A stretch of 55,370 nucleotides of DNA, taken from NCBI GenBank assembly GCA_032123435.1, contig JAQBFJ010000157.1, forward strand, positions 1-55,370. Direction: 5' to 3'. Numbering within the stretch: position 1 is the stretch's first letter; each line of letters begins with the position of its first letter. The notes beneath the pieces are model-generated. The model was given only the letters and a program-made list of their open reading frames with translations, made no database searches and was not told the DNA's origin. Shown here piece after piece: positions 15,614-25,820 of the stretch. The DNA is from Verrucomicrobiota bacterium. GTDB lineage: Bacteria > Verrucomicrobiota > Kiritimatiellia > UBA8416 > JAQBFJ01. The position numbers and the translations under genes were made by a program.

Positions 15614-17503
15614 ATGAACAGACATGCTTCCGCTCCCGACAAAAGAGCAAAACACGACGATGCCCGGAAAATCAACCTTGCGGACGCCGATAAGCTGATC
15701 CAGGCAATGGCAACCCTCGTTAACAATACGCTACATCATTACTGGCTGTCTAACTCAGATGCTCACGATGCCACGATAGAATGCGCCTCGTTAGCGATCA
15801 AGATACTTGATGAATACGAAGAAATCGCCTTCCGCATTTTTGACGGCGCTCTGCTGTTAAACGGCATGACTATCGAGAAAAAAACAGCGGCCATAAAGAT
15901 CCTGGCTCAACACCTGACGGATCTTGAAATACATAATTTTTCTCTGCTTAAAGGCTTGTCGGATAACGACTTCATCAAACTCATTGAAATTCTGGGCGCG
16001 ACACCATTCGAGATTAAACAGCTTGGCGGTTTTCAAAAACTCCTTGCCGATTTCGATTTGAAGCATATCGAGGCTAAAACACTTATCTTCCGTGAGATAA
16101 CAGAGGAAGAGACTATTGTCTATAAAGACGAAATCCAGCCCGGCTCAACGTCTGCGTCTGGCGATACCAATGAAAAGGAAACCATTGAAGGAAATATTCT
16201 CGCCTTCCTGAAAGGCGATATATCACTTTCCGAAGAAGAGGCGGCCAAAGAGATTCAGGATATCGCTACCGATGCACAAAAAATGGCCGAACTGATCATT
16301 AAGGCGGCAGAAGTAAAAAAAGCATCCACCCCTATCGAGAACGGCGAAAGCCTTGTTGATTTCGTCGTCGGATCACTCAAACGAACTTATCGAAGCCTCA
16401 TGAACGATAAATCCGCTAAAACAAAAACAGGCCAGAAACGGATTACGCGAAACCTGCTCCTTGTCGAAGAGGAAATACTTAACCGCATGCGGGAAATGTC
16501 CGAAGAATGGACCGAAGAAGATTTCAAGAATGTTACCGAGGCGCGGACGGAAATAACCGACGAGCTCAAAATAGATTCCGTTTCCGATGATTTCATTACA
16601 AAACAAAAAGCCAGCGAACGAACCGAAAAACAAATGCTGAAACTCGTAAATTCCATGGGAATCAGGAACCTTAACGATCTCCAGCAGAAACTGCTGAGTA
16701 AAGGACTCAGCCCGGAAGGCTGGCGTGACCTCGTGATAAAAAGTAAACACGGCGAAACAGGAAGACGAGGACAGGGCGGGGACGGGAACGGGGGCAAGGG
16801 CCGTGGAGCCGGGAAGGGCGAAGGACTTTTGGACGGTTCGGGCGATCAGCCTTTGCAGGACGGCAAGGGCGCCGGGGACAGTCTCGGTATCGACATCGGA
16901 CTCGGAGGCGCTGGAACAGGCGGTTTTGATTTCGGGCTCAATAAAGTACTCGACGCTCTTGGACACCTTGATGTGCTTCTGACTCAGATGGAAAACGAAG
17001 TAGACGATAAAAATACAGACGCCGGAATAAAAAATGCAAATATCAATAAAGTCATCACCACGGTCCAGGAAATAAACCAACAGGTTAAGGACGATGTAAG
17101 TGTTACGGAAGAGAAAATAGACCTGTTCGTCGATAACCTTCTTATGGACGAATCCACAATTCCAAGCGCCGACCCAACCGACCCGAAATCAAAAACCATC
17201 GAAAAATCAGGCAAAAAAGGCATTTTTGACTCTCTCGTCGAAATTATCGACAACATTTACGAGCCGCTTCTTACAATACAATCCTCTCTCCATGTCCTTA
17301 CATCAAACACTTTGGGCAATATGAACCAGCATCAATCGAACATACTGCATATTGCCGTGGAAAATGTTGAAAGAATAAAGGACTCTCTCGAGTACCTGAA
17401 AAATAAACATCCTGCCCGCGCGTCTTCACGACTCAATACTCAAGATCCGACGCAAGAAGAAAACTCAGACGGTGGTCCAGATCTTCAGAATGCCTTCCTC
17501 TGA
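15614..17503 (+). CDS. 629-aa hypothetical protein: N-terminal alpha/beta-like module, charged helical region, Gly-rich low-complexity segment, C-terminal HisKA-like helix lacking the His
   Basis: Long uninterrupted ORF 25 nt after the cyclase gene on the same strand. No catalytic motif recognised. The start codon has no SD, so the exact start is uncertain. Confidence 0.6.
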   Translation: MNRHASAPDKRAKHDDARKINLADADKLIQAMATLVNNTLHHYWLSNSDAHDATIECASLAIKILDEYEEIAFRIFDGALLLNGMTIEKKTAAIKILAQHLTDLEIHNFSLLKGLSDNDFIKLIEILGATPFEIKQLGGFQKLLADFDLKHIEAKTLIFREITEEETIVYKDEIQPGSTSASGDTNEKETIEGNILAFLKGDISLSEEEAAKEIQDIATDAQKMAELIIKAAEVKKASTPIENGESLVDFVVGSLKRTYRSLMNDKSAKTKTGQKRITRNLLLVEEEILNRMREMSEEWTEEDFKNVTEARTEITDELKIDSVSDDFITKQKASERTEKQMLKLVNSMGIRNLNDLQQKLLSKGLSPEGWRDLVIKSKHGETGRRGQGGDGNGGKGRGAGKGEGLLDGSGDQPLQDGKGAGDSLGIDIGLGGAGTGGFDFGLNKVLDALGHLDVLLTQMENEVDDKNTDAGIKNANINKVITTVQEINQQVKDDVSVTEEKIDLFVDNLLMDESTIPSADPTDPKSKTIEKSGKKGIFDSLVEIIDNIYEPLLTIQSSLHVLTSNTLGNMNQHQSNILHIAVENVERIKDSLEYLKNKHPARASSRLNTQDPTQEENSDGGPDLQNAFL

Positions 17504-18382
17504 GGCGCCCGGCTGAATCCAGCGTGATCCCGCGACAGTGTTCAACGCGTTCGGAAAAGCCATCCATGGTTCCACGCAGAAGAAAGGATCTTCCGCCACC
17601 GTGTAAAGCTGTACGTAAGGGAACATATTCTTGTCTTCAACCCCTTCAGCAATCATGTGTATCGTCGTGCCGTCAGACAACTTCAGCCGCGTCTCCTTGT
17701 CCGCAACTTCAATAAGCGCCTCATTAAGCGCCTTTTCACATATGCTCGAAGGCAGTGTCGGTGCCTTTTTTATATCCACCAGATCCGTAAGTCGTTCATT
17801 ATATACCATTTGCCTGCCGGCATTCATGTCCAGAACAGCTTTTTCCTTGCCCGCACCGGCGGGGGCAGTAAGGAAATAAGGGTGAAACCCGGCGTAATAC
17901 GGCATCGGTTTTTCTCCATTGTTGATATACTCCTGCTCTATCACGAAAAGACCCGGCTCCGCTATAAACCGGAGCCTGATCGTGAATCGGAACGGATATT
18001 GCGCCCTTGTTTCTTCCGTATCGCTTAACTCAAGAATTAATTCCTGTTTATTTTCGCAATTACTGTCGTTGATGAGTTTCCATGGTATTCTCGTGCTGAA
18101 ACCATGAATACTCATTCTGTAAATATGACCCTCGTAAAGATAAGCGTCAGCCTGGCCGCCACGCTCCAGTCTGCCGCATACCGGAAAGATAAACGGCAGG
18201 CCTCCGCGCGTTCTATCGGTATCTCTATCCCAGAAAAACGGGTGCAGAAAAAGCAGTTCGCCGGGGCCGTTGGTCCGTCCCATAATAAGCGAACTGACGA
18301 TCGCGCCAAGTTCCGGAACGATAGATGCCTTCACTGATCCATCGGTCGCTGTAATCGTAATAACATCAAGGTTTTCAGCCAT
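17465..18382 (-). CDS. Aldose 1-epimerase (galactose mutarotase-like) family protein
   Basis: GGLPFIFPVCGR, HGFSTRIPW, YPFRF, AGFHPYF motifs. ATG 18382 is preceded by GGGAGGAAGG. The track start at 18412 is TTG. Confidence 0.8.
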   Translation of the reverse strand: MAENLDVITITATDGSVKASIVPELGAIVSSLIMGRTNGPGELLFLHPFFWDRDTDRTRGGLPFIFPVCGRLERGGQADAYLYEGHIYRMSIHGFSTRIPWKLINDSNCENKQELILELSDTEETRAQYPFRFTIRLRFIAEPGLFVIEQEYINNGEKPMPYYAGFHPYFLTAPAGAGKEKAVLDMNAGRQMVYNERLTDLVDIKKAPTLPSSICEKALNEALIEVADKETRLKLSDGTTIHMIAEGVEDKNMFPYVQLYTVAEDPFFCVEPWMAFPNALNTVAGSRWIQPGASEEGILKIWTTV

Positions 18383-18420
18383 ATTCCTTCCTCCCGTTTC
18401 TTTAGCACCCAAGTTAATAT

Positions 18421-18680
18421 TTTTGACAGGATAACAGGATTGACGGGATTGATTAAGAACAGGATTCGTTAAATCTCAAGGGGATTATTTAATCCCTTGA
18501 GATTTAACGACCATCTCTGATGTTCAGGCAATAAGAATCGTCGATCAATGCCGGGGCTTGGGATGCAAATCTTCTCCATCACGGACACCGTTTATGAAAT
18601 CTGGAGTCAAAACTATCGTTTTGGTTCAGATTTCATAAACATCCTGATCATGTCCCATCCTGTGAATCCTGTCAAAAAAC
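18421..18680. repeat. Composite intergenic element E2: outer imperfect inverted repeats rich in ACAGGAT/ATCCTGT (18421-18449 vs 18641-18679) enclosing two 20-bp hairpins (18466-18510 and 18590-18640)
   Basis: Hairpin 1: TCGTTAAATCTCAAGGGGATT attt AATCCCTTGAGATTTAACGA (one G bulge). Hairpin 2: GTTTATGAAATCTG..CAAAAC tatc GTTTTG..CAGATTTCATAAAC. Verified by hand. Confidence 0.7.
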
Positions 18681-18760
18681 TCTCCCTCCTCTCTTCACGC
18701 TCTTCATGTTCCTCATGGTAAAACTCTCCCTCTTTTTCCGTGGTAAATTCTCTTGATCAG
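18681..18760. repeat. Pyrimidine-rich box with two inverted copies of the GAGA(G/A)TTT(T)ACCA core (18715-18728 and 18740-18752)
   Basis: The reverse complement reads GAGAGTTTTACCAT and GAGAATTTACCAC, compared with GAGAGTTTTTACCAC at 3874-3888. Confidence 0.6.
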
Positions 18761-18786
18761 GTTAATCCTGTCTTTTTCCCATCGGG

Positions 18787-19305
18787 TTACCAACGTTCCG
18801 TGTGCACAAGCTTCTCGTCATACCTTGTTCGCGGCTCACTATTTTCAGCGGGCCAACCTACGGCAATAGCTGAAATGGGAATTATATTCCTGGGCAGATC
18901 AAAAAGCCTGCGCATATGATCAATCCGCTCCTCCTTGGGATGAATACCAAGCCAACACGCGCCAAGCCCAAGCTGACTTGCCGCCAGCAGTATGTTCTCA
19001 ATGGCCGCACTGCAGTCCTGCAGCATATACGATTCAAGCTGACCGTGCGCCTTGTCAATATCCCCGCAGACCACTATCCCGACAGCCGCCTGCCTCAACA
19101 TCTGCCCGTTCGGCAGACCATCAGCTATCTTTGCCAGCCCGGCCTTCTGCTGGATCACAATGAAATGCCACGGGTCTTTCGCCACCGCCGAAGGCGCGGC
19201 CATGGCCGCCTCCAGCAGATCCTTTATCATTTCGTCCGGAATATCATCTTCCTTGTATGCCCTAATACTTCTCCTCGCAAATATGTTGCCAAGCATTGGA
19301 TTCAT
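18787..19305 (-). CDS. Nitroreductase family protein
   Basis: FARRSIRAYKEDDIPDEMIKDLLEAAMAAPSA is a typical nitroreductase N-terminus. GGAG SD 10 nt upstream. Confidence 0.85.
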   Translation of the reverse strand: MNPMLGNIFARRSIRAYKEDDIPDEMIKDLLEAAMAAPSAVAKDPWHFIVIQQKAGLAKIADGLPNGQMLRQAAVGIVVCGDIDKAHGQLESYMLQDCSAAIENILLAASQLGLGACWLGIHPKEERIDHMRRLFDLPRNIIPISAIAVGWPAENSEPRTRYDEKLVHTERW

Positions 19306-19473
19306 TTCTCAAATCTCCTTCCTTTTGTTCTCACATCAAAAACACATTACCCTAAACACATGGAGCCATACAAGTTATCTCCGCCATATTTCCCCGATGC
19401 GATTACAATTGCTTTTAACCTTTTCTTCAAGTAGCTTTACAACTCTTATACACGAAGTTGGAGACACTCATAT

Positions 19474-22446
19474 ATGAATACCACACTACCTCAAGTCCTT
19501 CTTAAAGAAGGAGATATGCTTCATGGATTTCTTGTTGAAAACATCACGGCCGTGAGCGAAATCATTTCCATCGCATACCGTCTCAAACACCTTAAAAGCG
19601 GAGCGCGCCTCATTCATTTGCACTCCAATGATGCCGAAAATCTCCTGGCCATCGGTTTCCGCACGCCTCCTCCGGACAACACCGGCTTGCCCCATATTCT
19701 CGAACATACCGTGCTCTGCGGCTCTGCCAAGTATCCCGTAAAAGATCCGTTCGTCGAACTCATCCGCACAAGTATGGCCACGTTCCTTAACGCAATGACT
19801 TATCCCGATAGAACAGTGTACCCATGCGCAAGCATGAACAAAAAAGATTTCTTCAATCTCGCTGATGTCTATTGCGATGCCGTGTTCCATCCGCTCATCA
19901 CTGAAGAACATTTTAAACAGGAGGGACATCATTTCGAATTCACCGAACCGGGCAATATCAGTTCCCGCCTTACACTCAAAGGCGTGGTGTACAATGAAAT
20001 GAAAGGCGCTTTATCCGATCTTGACGGGATCATCGAGGATAATCTTCGTAACCTCTTCCCTGACAACGCCTACGGACTTAATTCCGGCGGCCATCCCGAT
20101 TTTATTCCAACCCTTTCCTACGCTCAATTCAAGGCCTTTCATGCACGGTATTATCATCCCTCAAACGCCTTTATCTTTATCTGCGGAAATATTCCAACAA
20201 GAGAACACCTGGCTTTTCTTGACTCATCATATCTGTCCAATTTCGACACAATCAACATCAACACGACCATAGCCGAACAACCGCGCTGGACTCAACCGCG
20301 CCGTGAAACAATTTCCTATCCCATTGGGCCCGCTGAAGAACGCGATCATAAGACGGCTGTCACCTTGTCTTTCCTCACCAACCCGGTAACAGCGATCCGG
20401 GATACTATCGCTATGGATATCCTGTCCCATTACCTCCTGGACAATGCCGCAAGTCCATTGCGCAAAGCTTTGATTGATTCCGGATTGGGACAGGAACTCA
20501 CCGGCTCCGGATATGCATCAGACCAACGCGATACCTTTTTCACCGTTGGTCTCAAGGGAACCGAACCGGAGCATGCCGGCCTGATAAATGATCTGATACT
20601 GGAAACATGCCGCAAAACAGCCGAAAACGGCCTGGATCCCTCAAAGCTTGAGGCCGCTCTTCACAGACTGGAGCTGGCGTCCAGAGCCATAGGCGGCGGC
20701 TACCCTCTCTCTCTCATGTCCCGTGTCTATCGAGCCTGGGTGTACGATGAGAAGGATCCCCTGTCACAACTGAAATTGGCCGAGTGCCTCGCGATGCTTC
20801 GCGAATCTCACAAAAAAAATAAAAGGTTCTTCGAAGAAGTTTTGACACGCCTCATCGTTCAGAATGATCATCGCATTCTGCAAATTTATACTCCTGATCC
20901 CAGCCTCAGCAAACGCAGTAGTGACGACTTTGAACGCGGGATGGAAAACCTCAAGGCGGCAATGACCCGTGATCAGCTCTCTTCCATTTCCAATGAAGCC
21001 TGCAGTCTCACCCACCTCCAGAACCAACCCAACTCCCCCCGGGCACTGGCATCCTTGCCAAGACTCATCCCGTCTGATATACCCCCTGAACCCGTTCCCC
21101 TGTCGTACGCCGAAACAACCGTCGCAGGACGTCCTTTCATCCGGGCCGACATGTGGAGCAACGATCTGTGTCATATCAACATTATGCTTGATTTAAAGGG
21201 CATTTCCGATGAATTGATCGATTATCTACCCCTGTTTACCGCCTGTATTATGAAGATGGGCGCCGGAGGCTATAACTATGCCGAAATGGCCGAACGCGAG
21301 GCCTTGAATACCGGTGGAGTTTCATCTTCAGTCTGGGCAAAAGGAGCCTTTGCTGATCCTTCCCGCATACAGCCATTCTTTGCCGTCTCGTCATTCGCTC
21401 TGGCCTCCAGATTCCGCGAGATGCTCGACATCGTTAACCTGCGGCTGACGCAATGTGATTTCTCCGATACGGCTCGACTGCAGAATATCATTTCCCAGGA
21501 ACTCGTCCACATCGAGAGCCATCTTGTTGCAGGCGGAAATGCCTACGCGGCTCTTCGGGCCCAAAGTCATCTCACCAGAAATGGAACCATAACGGAACGG
21601 CTGGGAGGAATATCGCATTTGCGTTTTCTGCGCCAGCTCGCGGCAAAGTTCCCCGACATCAAGACCGATATAATTTCCAGGCTGTCCGCGATTCACAGAC
21701 ATGTGCTCGCACGCGAACGCCTTCACGCCGGCTTTCTTGGGAACGATCCTCAATATGACCTGACACAAACGTGGCTGAATGATCTTGTCAACCACTTATC
21801 CCCCGGGACGCTCTCACATTTGTCAGACGATTTTCAGCCCAATGCCACGGCCCGCGAGGGAATGGCTATTCCCGCCAAAGTGGGCTTCTGCGCGCGTTCC
21901 ACACCCCTGGCAATATCAGCGAACCATCCACTGGCTCCGTCGTTACTCGTTCTAGCCCACATTCTTACGTTTACCCACCTCTGGAACGAAATAAGAGTAA
22001 AGGGCGGAGCATATGGCTGTTCTGCCCGTTATTCAATTCTTAACGGCACCTTTGATCTTTCCACTTACCGCGATCCCGCCATCAACCGCAGTTTGTCAAC
22101 ATTCACCCGTCTGGCTTCCATCCTCCCGTCAATTCTTGATCCTTCACCTGACGCCGTATCACAGGCCGTCATCGGCGCCATGAAGAACATCGATCATCCA
22201 ATACGGCCATCGTCCGCCCTGTACATCGCGACCGACCGCTACCTCACCGGCATAACACCGGACCTTCACAGAGCCTTCAGGACATCTCTTCTTTCTGTTA
22301 CACCGGATCAACTCCAGGAAGCCGCCACGCTCCTCTCACAAGCATTATCGGCAGACAGCCCAATTTGCGTTCTCGCCGACAGAAAGGCCCTTCAACAGGC
22401 CAATTTAGAACCCGATTCATTCAATCTGAATATTCACGACGTATAG
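19474..22446 (+). CDS. M16C family metallopeptidase (presequence protease / PreP-like insulinase)
   Basis: 990 aa. Inverted zinc motif HILEHTVLCGS followed by KYPVKDPFVEL, and a YNEMKG motif, as in PreP/Cym1-type M16C enzymes. Confidence 0.9.
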   Translation: MNTTLPQVLLKEGDMLHGFLVENITAVSEIISIAYRLKHLKSGARLIHLHSNDAENLLAIGFRTPPPDNTGLPHILEHTVLCGSAKYPVKDPFVELIRTSMATFLNAMTYPDRTVYPCASMNKKDFFNLADVYCDAVFHPLITEEHFKQEGHHFEFTEPGNISSRLTLKGVVYNEMKGALSDLDGIIEDNLRNLFPDNAYGLNSGGHPDFIPTLSYAQFKAFHARYYHPSNAFIFICGNIPTREHLAFLDSSYLSNFDTININTTIAEQPRWTQPRRETISYPIGPAEERDHKTAVTLSFLTNPVTAIRDTIAMDILSHYLLDNAASPLRKALIDSGLGQELTGSGYASDQRDTFFTVGLKGTEPEHAGLINDLILETCRKTAENGLDPSKLEAALHRLELASRAIGGGYPLSLMSRVYRAWVYDEKDPLSQLKLAECLAMLRESHKKNKRFFEEVLTRLIVQNDHRILQIYTPDPSLSKRSSDDFERGMENLKAAMTRDQLSSISNEACSLTHLQNQPNSPRALASLPRLIPSDIPPEPVPLSYAETTVAGRPFIRADMWSNDLCHINIMLDLKGISDELIDYLPLFTACIMKMGAGGYNYAEMAEREALNTGGVSSSVWAKGAFADPSRIQPFFAVSSFALASRFREMLDIVNLRLTQCDFSDTARLQNIISQELVHIESHLVAGGNAYAALRAQSHLTRNGTITERLGGISHLRFLRQLAAKFPDIKTDIISRLSAIHRHVLARERLHAGFLGNDPQYDLTQTWLNDLVNHLSPGTLSHLSDDFQPNATAREGMAIPAKVGFCARSTPLAISANHPLAPSLLVLAHILTFTHLWNEIRVKGGAYGCSARYSILNGTFDLSTYRDPAINRSLSTFTRLASILPSILDPSPDAVSQAVIGAMKNIDHPIRPSSALYIATDRYLTGITPDLHRAFRTSLLSVTPDQLQEAATLLSQALSADSPICVLADRKALQQANLEPDSFNLNIHDV

Positions 22447-22490
22447 AATCTGAGAGTATAAAGAGGCGTAACGCTTTGCGCCACAATGCC

Positions 22491-24344
22491 TTACGATAGC
22501 TTGCGGATTTCAACACTCAGCATCACCATATCGGCGGGCGTAATGCCGGGGATCCGCAGGGCCTGGCCTATACTCAGGGGTCTTACCCGCTGAAGCCTCT
22601 CACGAGCTTCATATCTGAGACCCTTCATGACAGTGTAATCAATATCAGCCGGTATGCGGCTTTCTTCCCTTTTCAGCGCTTTCTGGACGGCGGTGCGCTC
22701 CTGTTCAATATACCCTTCGTATCGCACCCGCACCGTCACTTCCTCGGTGATTTCCCCGTCAAGATCCGTGCGCGCCCCAGGCAAGTCTTCATAGGCAATG
22801 CCGTGACGGCAAAGCATATCCCGTAATGTCCCGTTCCGGGTTCGCGTCGTTTTCAGTCGCTCGATTTCTTCCTCAATCTGAGTTTGCGCTCGGCATGTGT
22901 TTTCGAGATCGCATTCCTTCACAATGCCTATTTCGCGCGCATAATCTAAAAGCCGGAACCTGGCATTCTCCTGCCTCAAACAAAGCCTGTATTCAGCCCT
23001 GGAAGTAAACATTCGGTATGGTTCATCCACGCCCTTTGTTACCAGATCATCTATCATTACGCCAATATAACCCTTTTCGCGCGGAATAATGACCGGAACA
23101 AGCCCGGCCACGCCACGGGCTGCGTTCACCCCGGCAATGAATCCCTGTGCCGCCGCCTCCTCATATCCAGTAGTGCCGTTTATCTGGCCTGCCAGATAAA
23201 GCCCCTCGACGATCTTTGATTCCAAAGTATGCCAGAGCTGAGTGGGGTCACATGATTCATACTCTATGGCATAACCCCATTCGGCCACCTCGGCCCTTTC
23301 CAGTCCCGGAATCGAGCGGATGAAATCCAACTGCACTTCTTCCGGAAGACTATTCGACGTGCCGTTGGGATAGAGCAGGGGACTATCACGTCCTTCCGGT
23401 TCTAGAAAAATATGATGCGATTCCTTATCCCGGAATCGAACAACTTTATCCTCTATTGATGGACAATATCGCACACCCGTTCCCGTTATAGCCCCTCCGT
23501 AAAGCGCGCTCCTATCAAGATTCTCCCTGATTATCACATGGGTCTGAGCCGTCGTATGCGTCAAAAAACACGGGATTTGATCGCTTCCAGGAAGCCATGG
23601 GCATAACGTCGTTCCCATATGTTCCACGTGGAACATATCCCTGCTTTCTTTTGCCTTGCGCGAGAATAGAGGCGCCGGATCAAGCCCCGGCTGGCATGTC
23701 ATCTCCTCGAGTCTCACACTTTCCTTCTTTAACCTCGGCGGTGTTCCTGTTTTCAATCGTCTCATTCGAAAGCCGGCTTTCTCAAGACATCTCTGCATCT
23801 CGTCGGCCGACGGCCGTCCGGCGCCACTGCCGCGTACCTGTTTTTTTCCAACAAATATCCGACCCCCCAGAGCAGTGCCGACGGCAAGAACCACGGCTTT
23901 TCCTGAAATCCTGTCGCCTGCCTTTAATTGAACGGCGCGGATACGCCCATTGTCTATGATCAATTCTGTTGCCAGATCATCTACAATCGAGATACCGGGT
24001 TCTTTTTCCAAGACCGCACGCATACGCCTGGAATATGCTTCCTTGTCGCATTGTATTCTTGTGGCCTGAACGGCTGGTCCCCGACGCGTGTTCAGCATTC
24101 GATACTGGATCCCTGTGAAATCAGCGTTCACGCCCATCTCGCCACCCAGAGCATCCAGTTCATGAACAAGGTGAGATTTAGCGATACCGCCTACCGCCGG
24201 GTTGCAGGGCATTGCCGCTATGGAATGCACACCTGCCGTGATCAGGACTGTCCGGCGGTTCATCCGGGCAGACGCCAGAGCCGCCTCACACCCGGCATGG
24301 CCTCCGCCTATTACAATTACGTCATATTCGCTATTATTGCCCAT
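22491..24344 (-). CDS. mnmG: tRNA uridine 5-carboxymethylaminomethyl modification enzyme MnmG (GidA)
   Basis: [16 protein letters not shown], full-length GidA-like sequence. ATG 24344 gives the usual short N-terminus. The track start at 24383 (TTG) would overlap mnmE. Confidence 0.95.
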   Translation of the reverse strand: MGNNSEYDVIVIGGGHAGCEAALASARMNRRTVLITAGVHSIAAMPCNPAVGGIAKSHLVHELDALGGEMGVNADFTGIQYRMLNTRRGPAVQATRIQCDKEAYSRRMRAVLEKEPGISIVDDLATELIIDNGRIRAVQLKAGDRISGKAVVLAVGTALGGRIFVGKKQVRGSGAGRPSADEMQRCLEKAGFRMRRLKTGTPPRLKKESVRLEEMTCQPGLDPAPLFSRKAKESRDMFHVEHMGTTLCPWLPGSDQIPCFLTHTTAQTHVIIRENLDRSALYGGAITGTGVRYCPSIEDKVVRFRDKESHHIFLEPEGRDSPLLYPNGTSNSLPEEVQLDFIRSIPGLERAEVAEWGYAIEYESCDPTQLWHTLESKIVEGLYLAGQINGTTGYEEAAAQGFIAGVNAARGVAGLVPVIIPREKGYIGVMIDDLVTKGVDEPYRMFTSRAEYRLCLRQENARFRLLDYAREIGIVKECDLENTCRAQTQIEEEIERLKTTRTRNGTLRDMLCRHGIAYEDLPGARTDLDGEITEEVTVRVRYEGYIEQERTAVQKALKREESRIPADIDYTVMKGLRYEARERLQRVRPLSIGQALRIPGITPADMVMLSVEIRKLS

Positions 24345-24357
24345 TGTCGAACCCACA

Positions 24358-25728
24358 TCACTTGCCGATACAGAAGGCATCAAATATCGAAGCCAATAAA
24401 TCTTCTGAATAAACTCTTCCTATGACTTTCCCTATGCTTTCAGCTGACGCTCTAAGTCCTTGCGCGGCAACTACTAATACATCTTCTGTTCCTGCCGAGA
24501 GAATTTCCAACGGTGTTCGCAGGGCCTCGAGCGCCTCTTTGATTCCCTGGTATTGACGAGCCGTTGTGAGCGCGTGAGGTTCGCCGCCTTTCTGTTTCAT
24601 CAGTTTTCTTTCGACATGGTCACGCATGGCGCGCACGCTGTCTTCTTTTAAAAGGCATGTTTCAAGAACATCGAGTCCGTCGAGATCACCCGTTGTTGTT
24701 TTACGGCCAAGATCGACTTTGTTGAGAATGATTAATAACCTGTCCCTGTCCAGACCGCTGACTAATGCCATTTCACCGGCATCAGGTTCCATGGAAGCGT
24801 CTATAACGTGAATGTTGAGTTCGGCACGCCTCATCCAGTCACGCGCCCGTTCGACGCCCTCACGCTCAACCGAACAATCCGTCGGCCGCAGACCGGCCGT
24901 ATCGATGAGCCGCACAAGCATCCCGCCTATTACCATGTCCTCTTCTATGGTGTCCCGCGTTGTTCCCGGCTGTTCGTTCACTATCGCCCTGTTCACTCCC
25001 AGCAGGGCGTTGAGAAGAGTCGACTTTCCGGCATTGGGTCTTCCCGTTATGACTGCCGTAATACCTTCCCTGATAATGCGTCCTTCCTCCCAGTTTTTTA
25101 AAATTTTCTCAATATCATCTACCGCTGTTGTAACAAGCGCTCCGGCCTCGTCCCGACAGTCTTCGGTTAAATCATCCTCACTGAAATCAAGCCTGGTTTC
25201 AATAACGGCTGCAGCCCTGGTTATGTCATTGTAAGTCTTTGTCAGCAAATCACTTAGACGTCCGTCCAGTTGCTCCATGGCCGCGCGTGCGGCGAGTTCC
25301 GTTCGGGCCTTGATCAGGTCTATGACGGCCTCGGCTTGAATTAAGTCGAGGCGGCCGTTAAGAAAAGCGCGCTTGGTAAATTCGCCTGGCTCGGCCACAC
25401 GAACCCCCGCATGAACAAGAGTCTCGAGGATCCTTTTTGCGGATGTGCGGCCGCCATGACATTGTATCTCAACAATGTCTTCGCGCGTGTAGCTGTGAGG
25501 CGCCTTGTATACCAGAACTATTACCTCGTCAATATGCTCACCGGCAGAATTGACGACATGACCGTAACGAAATGTCCAGCCGGTTTGTGAGAATATATCT
25601 CCTCCTTTTAGACAAAGAATTTTGCTGGCTGTATCTACCGCCTTATCACCCGAAACTCTCACCACTGATATTCCGCATTCGCCGGGAGCCGTTGAGATTG
25701 CCGCTATCGTATCATTTGCCTCATGCAT
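24358..25728 (-). CDS. mnmE: tRNA modification GTPase MnmE (TrmE)
   Basis: N-terminal [11 protein letters not shown]-domain [12 protein letters not shown] / DTAG / NKVD, C-terminal CIGK. Confidence 0.95.
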   Translation of the reverse strand: MHEANDTIAAISTAPGECGISVVRVSGDKAVDTASKILCLKGGDIFSQTGWTFRYGHVVNSAGEHIDEVIVLVYKAPHSYTREDIVEIQCHGGRTSAKRILETLVHAGVRVAEPGEFTKRAFLNGRLDLIQAEAVIDLIKARTELAARAAMEQLDGRLSDLLTKTYNDITRAAAVIETRLDFSEDDLTEDCRDEAGALVTTAVDDIEKILKNWEEGRIIREGITAVITGRPNAGKSTLLNALLGVNRAIVNEQPGTTRDTIEEDMVIGGMLVRLIDTAGLRPTDCSVEREGVERARDWMRRAELNIHVIDASMEPDAGEMALVSGLDRDRLLIILNKVDLGRKTTTGDLDGLDVLETCLLKEDSVRAMRDHVERKLMKQKGGEPHALTTARQYQGIKEALEALRTPLEILSAGTEDVLVVAAQGLRASAESIGKVIGRVYSEDLLASIFDAFCIGK

Positions 25729-25820
25729 AATCAGGAAATCATAGGCCCGGGTATTTGAGCAGTCAAGCTCGCTGAAAATGCCGCATCAGCACAGATTACA
25801 CATTTACCATATCAGTGCAA

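Noticed and set aside
16373-17080. 235-aa minus-strand ORF (and a 136-aa one) inside the 629-aa gene.
   Set aside because: It is Phe/Leu/Ser-rich antisense shadow of a Glu/Lys-rich coding region, with no motifs and no SD. It lies wholly inside a longer ORF with better coding character.
17465-17503. 39-nt convergent overlap of the 629-aa gene and the epimerase gene as a regulatory antisense device.
   Set aside because: Short convergent 3' overlaps are common in compact genomes, and there is no additional structure. It is noted only as context for the cyclase module.
19486-25234. Numerous 60-165-aa ORFs antisense to or out of frame with the M16C peptidase, mnmG and mnmE genes (for example 19486-19932, 20764-21174, 23928-24425, 24812-25234).
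   Set aside because: All are nested in long genes with unambiguous family motifs, and none shows a recognisable domain.
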